Below the pieces are notes generated by a model. That model saw only the letters and a list, made by a program, of their open reading frames with translations, was not told where the DNA came from and ran no database searches. Positions 8,571 through 16,398 of a stretch of 54,441 nt of DNA are shown piece after piece (position 1 is the first letter of the stretch; each line of letters begins with the position of its first letter). The stretch spans positions 9,431 through 63,871 of the forward strand of contig JAHLMS010000001.1 in NCBI GenBank assembly GCA_018920245.1. Reading direction: 5' to 3'. Source of the DNA: Candidatus Aenigmatarchaeota archaeon (GTDB lineage: Archaea > Aenigmatarchaeota > Aenigmatarchaeia > Aenigmatarchaeales > JAHLMS01). The translations under genes were made by a program, and so were the position numbers.

Positions 8571-9293
8571 TCACTGACTCGCATTACTGCGAGAGTCGGA
8601 CTTTATCATCACCCGTTTGTGGGTGTTCGACGTAAAGTCTCTGAGGAGCTGCTTGCTCTAATTCATTCATTATATCTTCCAATTTACGTCTTCTTTGTTT
8701 TCCGGCTAGATTCATTTCAAACGCAAGTTTGACCAAGCGTTTGAAGCCGCTGATGGTGTGATGTTCTTTGTTTTCCATTGCCAAGACGATTTCACGGAAA
8801 ATCCGAAAGTCATGCATCTTAGCAATCGGTGGATAACGCTCAAAGAAGTTTATAACCTTCTCTTTGAGCTGCCTGCGGTTATCGACAAGATAAACCAGCA
8901 GGTCTTTCTGTCCGGGCTTCTCGATTATTCTTCCGCAAGATAACACATCCAAAAACTTCTCTAAGATAATTCTGTTGTTCTTGTGCTGTGTAACTTGAAA
9001 GAGCGGATCGAGAACTACCCCGAATCTGGTACCTTTCTGGCGTTTTAACGCGACACTGAAGCAACCTTCAGCATCGGCAAAACCAAGCAAATACCAGCTC
9101 AAATTTCGCTTCTTGCTCAGAAGCTTTCTTGCGATTCTTTGCTCCATATTACTCACCTCTTTGTGAGCAAGCAGTTTCCTGCTGATTGCCCCACATTTGC
9201 GAGCGCGGATTTTTCCTTTCTCAGGACCGCGTGCTTCTTGGGTTCCCAGCATATTGTCGAATTTATTGACCGCCTTAAGTTCATTTTGAGCTA
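8571..9293 (-). mobile_element. 23S rRNA intron of about 723 nt carrying a LAGLIDADG homing endonuclease gene. Probably an archaeal bulge-helix-bulge type.
   Basis: The conserved H69/H71 junction is split into ...GGUAACUCUGACCGU | insert | CUUAAGGUAGCGUAAUCCC. The intron ends can pair (GCUCA/UGAGC). The ORF fills nearly the whole insert, leaving no room for a group I core. Confidence 0.8.
8584..9147 (-). CDS. LAGLIDADG homing endonuclease with a single motif (homodimer type)
   Basis: It has the motif YLLGFADAEGCF. The ATG at 9147 is preceded by GAGGTGA, although the ORF stays open to 9252. It lies entirely within the rRNA intron. Confidence 0.8.
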   Translation of the reverse strand: MEQRIARKLLSKKRNLSWYLLGFADAEGCFSVALKRQKGTRFGVVLDPLFQVTQHKNNRIILEKFLDVLSCGRIIEKPGQKDLLVYLVDNRRQLKEKVINFFERYPPIAKMHDFRIFREIVLAMENKEHHTISGFKRLVKLAFEMNLAGKQRRRKLEDIMNELEQAAPQRLYVEHPQTGDDKVRLSQ

Positions 9294-10443
9294 ACGGTCA
9301 GAGTTACCGCCGCCGTTTACCGGGGCTTGGGGCGATTGGAATCGCCTTTAACACACCGGCACTGGGCAGGCCTCACTGACTGTACAGAGCGTTTCCGCTT
9401 AGCAGTCAGCTGTGTTTTTGTTAAACAGTCGCTTCCCCCTTGTTAGTGACACCTGCGCACTTCTGCGCAGGCACCCCTTATACCGAAGATACGGGGCCAG
9501 ATTGCCGAGTTCCCTGGACTGGTGTCTCCTGACACGCCATTGCCTTTTCAGCAAGGGGCACGTGTGTCCGTTCTTGGTACGGGCACGGTGCGTCGTTCCC
9601 GCCTTCCTTTTCATGGTCTCTGGGAATTTTCCCAATTCCCGCTTGCGCAGAAACTATGCACGCATTCAGCTCCTTCTCTCCTTGACGGAACTCCGGAGCT
9701 TTCGGCGCTCAACTTACGTGGGAATATCCCAAAGCGTCGGAATGCGGGCTTGCGTTGCCGCAGCTAGCACCGTGGTCACGGAATATTAACCGTGTTCCCT
9801 TTCGCCAGCGTCAGTTAAGGGCTGGCTTAGGACCGACTGACTCCCGGCCCAAAAAAGTTGCCGGGAAACCCTTGCCCTTTAGGCGGAGAGGATTCCAACC
9901 TCTCTTTGCTGTTACTACCGGCAGGATTATCGATGCTGGCCGGTCCATCCCTGCTCACACAGAGACTTCTGCCCAACCAGCACGCCTTCCTACGCTATGG
10001 CTTTCGCCATCCCCGGTCTCGGCCCTGCACTTACCCCCGTCCATTTTGGCCGCACCGGCCCTCGAGAGGTCCGCTGTTACGCGTTGTTTGACGGATGGCT
10101 GCTTCTAAGCCTACCGCCCTCCTGTCTTGGGACCGGCACCAGCTTCGTGTATTAGTGCAGAGTTAGGGGCCTTAACCAGAGGCTAGTTTGTTCACTTTTC
10201 GGACACCGAGCTTACCCCAGTGCCCTCACTCCCGCGTTCTACGAGCCCGGCAGATTATGAGTTTGTCAGGGATGCCGCCGTTGTTGTGGCATAGGTCGCA
10301 GAGCGACCAAAAGGCGATTTTCGCTCGCCTATGCATTCACAGCTTAACACCCCAAACAGTGCTTTACCCCACCGGGACTCTCCCGCGAGGCTGTCCTGAG
10401 GGACATTTCGGAAGGAACCAGCTATCACCGCTCTCGATTGGCT

Positions 10444-10488
10444 TTTGATGACCAGCTCCGCTGTTCGACAAAGTCAGCAAAGCTGATT
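10444..10488 (-). other. Possible micro-insertion or mini-intron of about 44 nt in 23S domain II
   Basis: The conserved GGGGUGAAAGGCCAAUC is interrupted to read GGGGUGAAA[AUCAGCUUUGCUGACUUUGUCGAACAGCGGAGCUGGUCAUCAA]AAGCCAAUCGAG. Confidence 0.35.
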
Positions 10489-11373
10489 TTCACCCCTAAT
10501 CCCAGGTCACCCGAGTGATTCGCAGCTCAACACCGGTATCAGCCCTCCACGGGCCTTTCGGCCCGCTTCAGCTTGCCCAGGATTAGATCGAGCGGTTTCG
10601 GGTCTTGCGCCCGTGACTACCCGCCCTTTCAGACGGCGCCCCTGACGCCTTGCAGCGCTGCGGGCTTGTCGCTTTCGCTACGGTTACCTGCTTGCGCAGT
10701 TAGCCTCGCCACGAGCACAAACTCCCTGCCTCGTGTTTCGAAACGAACGTCATAACCCTGTAAACGGCCGCTCGTACACACTGCTTGCGCAGTTTTCCTT
10801 CGCGATCGCACCTTTCGGGCCATGACTGACTTTTACCAACTGGTTTCGGGGTCTTTTCACCTTCGGTGAGGAATACTTTTCAGCTTTCAGTCACCTTACT
10901 TAGTTCGCTATCGGACTCGCGAGATATTTAGGGTTGGCGGTTGATGCCCGCCGTCTTCCGCCTGCATATCCGAGCAGACGTACTCGATTCCTACAATCGA
11001 CCCTACGGTCTTCACTTACGGGGCTATCACCCTCTGCGGCGCGCCGTTCCAGGCTACTTCAGTTCGACCATCGGGCCGTGCGTAGGTTCCACATCTTCGG
11101 TGCATTACTGCACAGAATTCGGTTTGCCCTGTTCCGCTTTCGATCGCCTTTACTTACGGAATCACATTTGTTTTCTCTTCCTCCGCTTAATAAAATGCTT
11201 TAATTCAGCGGGTTCCCGCTCCTCACGGAGCACCGGCCGAAGCCGGTATGATGTCACATTCGGGAATGGCTGGTTCTAAGGCTGCATGCGCCTCGCCAGC
11301 CCTTTTCGCAGCTTGCTACGCCCTTCATCGGTCTCGCGAACCCAGCCGTCCACCAGCTGGTTTCAATTGCGTG

Positions 11374-11395
11374 TTTGACACCTGCTATTGACCCT
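11374..11395 (-). other. 5' strand of the 23S rRNA processing stem
   Basis: It is complementary to 7303..7323 (see that feature). Confidence 0.7.
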
Positions 11396-11614
11396 TTCCT
11401 CTGACTTTGTGTAGCCTGTCTATATCATTTTGCAATAATATTCACAGGTCTCACAAAGTCACTTTCCTCTGCTGGTCTCATTGACAATAATGTCTCTTGA
11501 GGCTCATAGGATAACAGTGTGCAAAGACAACCGAAGGTCATCAATGCCTGTTCATTCATAGCCTCGTTCGCGACTCACGTTACCGTCTTGTTCTCATAGG
11601 GCTCGACAGCTACT

Positions 11615-11659
11615 CCGATTGTCATCGCGAACAACTAGACGACGTAGGTCGTCTGTACC
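11615..11659 (-). repeat. Leader repeat module, copy B: a GACGAC...GTCGTC hairpin plus GUUCGCGAUGA
   Basis: The plus strand reads ccgattgtCATCGCGAacAACtAGACGACgtagGTCGTCtgtacc, which aligns with 11826..11868 and 11931..11970. Confidence 0.55.
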
Positions 11660-11825
11660 GTTCACTCATTTTGGGACGGTCGATTCATCGCCCTCGATTT
11701 ATCAACCCAACGATCAGTGTCGCGATTTGTTGACCCTTCCACCGCAAGGGCATCCTTGCAGTGTGCACGTGTGGCATGACAGCCGAAGGCTGTCCATGCG
11801 TGTACCGCGTCAGTTACCCCATGGG

Positions 11826-11868
11826 CCATTCATCGCGACGAACAGACGACGTTGCGCGTCGTCATACC
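11826..11868 (-). repeat. Leader repeat module, copy A
   Basis: The plus strand reads ccattCATCGCGAcgAACAGACGACGttgcgCGTCGTCatacc. Confidence 0.55.
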
Positions 11869-11930
11869 TTCGCTCAGCCGCGTTTGCTGCATTTCATCCG
11901 CGGTATTTTTGCGCGTGTATGGTGCACGCG

Positions 11931-11970
11931 CATCACAGAACAGCACGACGACCATAGGTCGTCATTTCTG
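11931..11970 (-). repeat. Leader repeat module, copy C (more diverged)
   Basis: The plus strand reads CATCACAGAACAGCACGACGACCataGGTCGTCatttctg. Confidence 0.45.
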
Positions 11971-12186
11971 TTCATGTGATCATGATTTATTGGTTTGGGA
12001 GGATTTTGATAATCTGTGAGAATGAGCTTCATCTCGTCGCCGAATCCGCCTAAACAGGCAGTGCCGGCCAAAGTTCTGACGGCGTCGTGCACCGTTCAGC
12101 CATGCGGCCGACGACCTGTGGTTCCAATGCTTGTCTATTCAACAGGCATACACCCACCGTTTTAGTGAACAAAGATATCTCCGTAG

Positions 12187-12204
12187 AGTATTTAAAGCTT
12201 AATT
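12187..12204 (-). promoter_or_regulatory. BRE/TATA promoter of the 23S rRNA transcription unit
   Basis: The minus strand reads AATTAAGCTTTAAATACTC, which contains a TTTAAATA TATA box. It lies just downstream of the apgM stop. Confidence 0.55.
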
Positions 12205-12224
12205 GTGCATACATCTGAAATTTT

Positions 12225-13469
12225 TCACGTCCATCTCATTACCTCTTCCATGAAATCTTCTATCTTGCGTACATAACCGAGCGGTGCCTTGCAGCTTTCC
12301 TCGTCGTATTTCTGAACCTTGTTCGGCTTGATACCATGTGTATAAATTGCAAACGGAAAATTACCGGCAACATGCCTGCCTGTTAGCATGGATGTACAGT
12401 GGTCAGATGTAATAACGATGACCGTGTCCGACCAATCGATGCGGCTCACCAAGTACTTGAAAACCTCCCTGTCTATGCGTTCGATAAAGTCTCTGCGTTG
12501 TTCGAAATTTCTGTCGTGAGCTGCGACATCCGCACCTAGGATGGAAACTATGACCATATCATGATCCTTGAGTGCGCGCAACGCCGCTTTTGCCTTGTTT
12601 GTCAGATTTGTATTGCAGTCAGCCGTCGCACCTTTCGGGACTATGGTATCCATGCCTAATAGTTTGGCCATGCCTACCACGACCGGAGAAGCGCCGACAA
12701 GGCATGCTTTTAGTCCATGCACATCTTCGAACGACTTAAATTTTCTTAACTGTGCTGCACCGCGCAGCAGTACAAAGTTCGCTGGAACCTTTCGCTTCTT
12801 GTTAATTGGATGGTTCTTCAGAATATTGTACGCCTCGGCCGAGAATCTGTTAAGCGCTGTTGCTGTCCGCACGGCCTCTGAGCTGCGATTGAGAGGTCTG
12901 ATAGGCTCGAATTCAACATTGCTGACCTGTGGGTCACTGTCTGTTACTGCAGACGACAGTCCTCTGCTCTCACGGAGAACAAGAACTGCACGGTGGCCCA
13001 CACTGTGATAGAAATCACAGTTCACACCATCAACATTGATTTTTGTAAGCTTTTTCGAAAACTCGTCGAATCCCGTCGTATCGCGTCCAGCCCTGCGATC
13101 TATAATCATGAGATGTGGCATCAGGCGCTTGGTCTTCGTTATCGCCGGTGTCAGCTCACCTGTCGGACCGGGTAGTTCTCGCACAGTCGCGAAATTGGCA
13201 CGCAGATAGACATAGCCTGGTTGTGGCTTGATGCCTATGCCGTAGGCGTCAAACAGCCCGCGTCCTGGATAATCGCGCAGCGGATAGCCGAACAGCACCC
13301 AGTGGCTGTCACCGCTGTCCGGGTGCGGTGCTATCTTGTTTTCAATTAGGCCTGCAACGCCCTTTTCCGTTATGTTATCGAGGAACGGCTTGTGCGCAGC
13401 CGCGAGCGCAGAACGGTCCGGGTCGGCTGCGCCGTCGAGGATGACCAGAAGTATTTTCTTGGGCATCAA
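12225..13469 (-). CDS. apgM: 2,3-bisphosphoglycerate-independent phosphoglycerate mutase, archaeal type (ApgM, alkaline-phosphatase superfamily)
   Basis: KILLVILDGAADP at the N-terminus, VITSDHCT and the overall length are ApgM-like. Confidence 0.75.
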   Translation of the reverse strand: MMPKKILLVILDGAADPDRSALAAAHKPFLDNITEKGVAGLIENKIAPHPDSGDSHWVLFGYPLRDYPGRGLFDAYGIGIKPQPGYVYLRANFATVRELPGPTGELTPAITKTKRLMPHLMIIDRRAGRDTTGFDEFSKKLTKINVDGVNCDFYHSVGHRAVLVLRESRGLSSAVTDSDPQVSNVEFEPIRPLNRSSEAVRTATALNRFSAEAYNILKNHPINKKRKVPANFVLLRGAAQLRKFKSFEDVHGLKACLVGASPVVVGMAKLLGMDTIVPKGATADCNTNLTNKAKAALRALKDHDMVIVSILGADVAAHDRNFEQRRDFIERIDREVFKYLVSRIDWSDTVIVITSDHCTSMLTGRHVAGNFPFAIYTHGIKPNKVQKYDEESCKAPLGYVRKIEDFMEEVMRWT

Positions 13470-13475
13470 ATCGCC

Positions 13476-14929
13476 CTACCGCTCTAGCATGAAAATCTTT
13501 CTGTGCGGTATCTTCGTCGGGACCATGTCCAGCAACATGCGCTCAGAAACATGCTTGCCAGCCACTATTGGCTTGAATTCCTCAGCCAGCTTCAGTGCAG
13601 CGTTGAGATTGCTGTTTGTGGAAGAATATATTGTGAAAAGTATCTGTCCTTTCTTGACAGGGTCGCCGACCTTGACGCCAAGCCGCACACCAGCGCCAGC
13701 ATCCTTTGGCGCGCCTGCCTCACGTGCGATAGCCGCTATCTCAGCATTCTTTATCCAGAAGACCTCGCCGTCAGTGTCGGCTTTGATATGCACGGTCTTG
13801 TCGCCTATGGGAATATCATCAGGTTTTATTTTCGGGTCTCCGCCCTGTGCAGCGATTATTTCGCGCATCTTCTTCTCAGCCTTTCCACTTTTCAATATTT
13901 GCAGTGCGAGACGCTTACCAGGCATTTTGTTCTTGCCAACCATGTCAAAGAGTAAGCCAGCTAGTTGCGTCGATTTCTCTATGACGTCAGGCGAGGCCTT
14001 GCCAGCCAGCGCAGCAAGGGCTTCCTGTGCCTCAAGTGCCGGTCCCATGGACCAGCCGAGCGGCTGCTCACCGTAGGTGATACCGCACACCACCGTCATG
14101 CCGAGCCGCTGACCAAGCTCGATGAAATCTTCTGCCAGGTTGTGCGCCTCACCTACTGTCTTAATTTTCGCACCACGGCCTGTCGGAATATCGATGACTA
14201 CATACCTCGAGCCAAGAGCAGCCTTCTTAGCCATGCGTTCGTCTTTCTGACAGCCCTAACTATTTCTTCAGCGCTAAGTGCGACAGGGCAAAGCACTTCC
14301 ATGCAGTCAGCGGTGCCAGCCGGTGAGGTTATCGCGCGTGATGATGTCTTTGGTATTGTCAGACCTGCCGCTGCTACTATCGGGACAACAAGCATGCTCG
14401 ACTTATTGTTACCTGGTATACCTCCGATGGAATGCTTGTCGCATATGATCTTGCCGGGAAATTTGATTGATTTTCCGGTAATCAACATCGCCCTTGTCAG
14501 ATGTTCAACCTCGTCCATAGACATACCGTGCACATCAAGGGCAGTGACAAAGGCCGAGAGCTCTGTCTCACTCAGATGCCGCTCGACAACATCCTTGACT
14601 ATCGCTAGCATCTTTGGCGCGGTCAATCTACCGCCCCGAATTTTTTCCTTGATGAAGAGCAGCGATTCTGGTGCAGGCACAGGTCTGACATCAGCAGTTT
14701 CGCCTGGGCCGAACCTGAAGAATGTGTTGATATCGGCATTCGTGACGACTTCACCAGGCTTTGCAAACTTCTCGGCTACATCGACTATTACAATCATACT
14801 CTTTTTACCTTTTGTTATGAGCACACGGTCGAGCGCATGAATACCCATGTTCGCGATATCTTCTTTGTTGAGAATAACGACACCCTTTCCGCCAGCTTCA
14901 AAATCTATCGGCTTGACCTTCAGCTTCAT
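13476..14929 (-). pseudogene. deoA: AMP phosphorylase (thymidine-phosphorylase family, DeoA), disrupted into two overlapping ORFs with an internal deletion
   Basis: ORF 14198..14929 covers the N-terminal domain through ...KTSSRAITSPAGTADCMEVL...VRKTNA. ORF 13476..14234 resumes at MAKKAALGSRYVVIDIPTGRGAK in another frame. About 35 residues conserved in the family (CLVWGGA.NLAPADD...) have no counterpart. Confidence 0.7.
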
Positions 14930-14933
14930 GCAC

Positions 14934-15929
14934 TCACGCCTCTAATTTGAACTTTTTCCAGTATAAATAAAACCATGCCAACGGCACTATCGCGGAAACT
15001 AAAAGCACGAGCGCTATAATCTGCCAAACACTGACTGTCAGCGGCCACTGTGGTATGCCGAATATCGTTGCAACCGTGTTTGGTATCGAGAGTATTGTTG
15101 CAATTGCTGTCCAAACGAACATAATATATGTCAGACGTTTAATGGTCAAATTGATGCGATTTGATATTGTGGCTAGCTTGTTTGAGAGCACAGACTCGTA
15201 GATGGTCAGCGCGTCGGTAAGCGTGTCTCGTTGCGCCGAGACGATTTCCATCTGATGAATATATGTATCATGAACATCATCAAACAGTCTTATCAACTCC
15301 TCGTTCATTGCAATAGGTGTTATACCCTTCTTTATCGAGTAGATTATCTTCGAGCTGCTCCAAAAGCGCCTCCACATCATCAGCAGTTCGCGCTTATATG
15401 TGACAATTGCAGTTATTTTTTTCCCACCCTGTTCCGGTGTAAGGACAGATTTTTCGAGCTCGGTTATCCGGCGCTCGTTTACCGCAAGAACGTCATATGT
15501 TTCTTCAGAATCACTATCCATTATGTGATAAAGGACATAGCCGACATTCAGTGGCATTTTCCTGAGCATTGCAACAACATCAGAAAAGATCTCATCGAAA
15601 TGTGGAAGCTGAACCTTTGTTATTGTTAAAAGAAAATTTTTGCCGACAACATAAAGAATGTTCTCAAGAGCTATCCGGCCATTAACCATACAGTAGTTGA
15701 CTATGGTAAAGGTGAGCGGTCGAAAAGTATAACGGGTGGAGCGATGCTCATGCGGAAAATGCTCAAAAATTTTGTCAGCCAAGCCGAAATCCTTCCGTAT
15801 TTTGGAAAGCTCCGCAACGGTCGGTGCTGTTGCATGAATCCAAATAAAGCCTTTGGTAGGTTTCGGATATCTTGTTCCAGTGCCTGAACCAAAATTGCTC
15901 TCCGAGAACTTATAGAGCCACTTAAGCAT
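14934..15929 (-). CDS. CorA-like divalent-cation transporter with a non-canonical pore motif
   Basis: It has a CorA-type cytoplasmic domain and two C-terminal TM helices. The position of the YGMNF signature reads IFGIPQ. Confidence 0.65.
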   Translation of the reverse strand: MLKWLYKFSESNFGSGTGTRYPKPTKGFIWIHATAPTVAELSKIRKDFGLADKIFEHFPHEHRSTRYTFRPLTFTIVNYCMVNGRIALENILYVVGKNFLLTITKVQLPHFDEIFSDVVAMLRKMPLNVGYVLYHIMDSDSEETYDVLAVNERRITELEKSVLTPEQGGKKITAIVTYKRELLMMWRRFWSSSKIIYSIKKGITPIAMNEELIRLFDDVHDTYIHQMEIVSAQRDTLTDALTIYESVLSNKLATISNRINLTIKRLTYIMFVWTAIATILSIPNTVATIFGIPQWPLTVSVWQIIALVLLVSAIVPLAWFYLYWKKFKLEA

Positions 15930-15959
15930 GCAGTAAATTGCAAAGGCCGACTTAAATTA

Positions 15960-16373
15960 TTAACCTAATGGGCATGTGGTGTTTTGGGTCGCCTGGTTGC
16001 AGGCCAACTTCAGGTTCGAGCAGTCCAGCTTATCGGAGTGATACTGATTATGTATCTTGCAGAGGTTTCCGATGTACCATTCGACCTGCGGGAGGCTGAC
16101 ATCGGCTGAGGTGTCGCACGACCAGTTGCCCCAATAGTTGCAGTGCTCAATCAAAACGTTCTTGGCCGACTCGCACTTGTAGCCAGGCCTTGCCACTTCA
16201 CAGCCGCCCTTCGGCAAGTAGACAGGGATGGATACAAGAATGACAAAAATAATAAGCACGGCAAGGGCTATCCAGTCAATGCGGCGCCAGCTCTTGAAGT
16301 ATGTGGCTACATCAAACTTCTTAGTAGCAGGCTCATGAGGTAGCTCTGGTTTATCTTCATCGGTCATGACCAT
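15960..16373 (-). CDS. Single-pass membrane protein with a Cys-rich ectodomain (hypothetical)
   Basis: One TM helix (IALAVLIIFVILVSIPVYL) followed by an approximately 80-aa segment containing 8 Cys. Confidence 0.4.
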   Translation of the reverse strand: MVMTDEDKPELPHEPATKKFDVATYFKSWRRIDWIALAVLIIFVILVSIPVYLPKGGCEVARPGYKCESAKNVLIEHCNYWGNWSCDTSADVSLPQVEWYIGNLCKIHNQYHSDKLDCSNLKLACNQATQNTTCPLG

Positions 16374-16398
16374 TACTGGAAGAATGAAATTTATAAAC

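Larger units (their letters stand above)
7324..11373 (-). rRNA. rrl: 23S rRNA, interrupted by introns. The ends are approximate.
   Basis: Minus-strand landmarks include GGUGGACGGCUGGGUUCGCGAGACCGAUGAAGGGCGUAGCAAGCUGCGAAAAG (5' end), GGUAAACGGCGGCGGUAACUCUGACCGU, GGGGAUAACAG, CUGUCGGCUC and the sarcin-ricin region AGUACGAAAGGAAC. A complementary processing stem flanks the gene. Confidence 0.9.
11396..12165 (-). other. Long non-coding 5' leader (external transcribed spacer) of the 23S rRNA, rich in hairpin repeats
   Basis: It lies between a TATA box at ~12190 and the processing stem. Only compositionally implausible ORFs occur here. There are no 16S or 5S signatures. Confidence 0.6.

Noticed and set aside
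8571-9293. A group I ribozyme nature for the rRNA introns
   Set aside because: The ORF fills nearly all of the 723-nt insert and the second insert is only about 206 nt, which is too little sequence for a P3-P9 catalytic core. The complementary termini fit endonuclease-spliced archaeal introns.
11500-11870. C/D-box sRNAs in the rRNA leader (UUGAUGACC, GCGAUGAAU...CUGACG), and UGAUGA in the tRNA-Val(GAC) intron at 40165..40171
   Set aside because: I found no complete C-D'-C'-D arrangement with 12-nt guides. The UGAUGA in the tRNA intron is simply one arm of a hairpin, and no CUGA D box lies within the intron. The K-turn idea is kept only as a speculative note.
7372-12092. Many 60-125-aa ORFs on both strands (for example 9412..9789, 9755..10108, 10941..11279, 11619..11957)
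   Set aside because: They lie inside the 23S rRNA gene or its leader. Their translations are Arg/Pro/Ser-rich and lack ribosome-binding sites. The only credible CDS in this region is the intron-encoded LAGLIDADG gene.
12020-12110. A possible 5S rRNA in the 23S leader (the ends GUCGUCGGCCGC...GGCGACGAG can pair)
   Set aside because: It is only about 83 nt. It also lacks the conserved 5S loop sequences, such as CCGAAC...GAAGUUAAGC, on either strand.
13336-14840. Long plus-strand ORFs (246 and 291 aa) antisense to apgM and deoA
   Set aside because: Their low-complexity Ser/Ala/Pro-rich translations mirror a real gene on the opposite strand. They have no start context and are typical antisense shadow ORFs.
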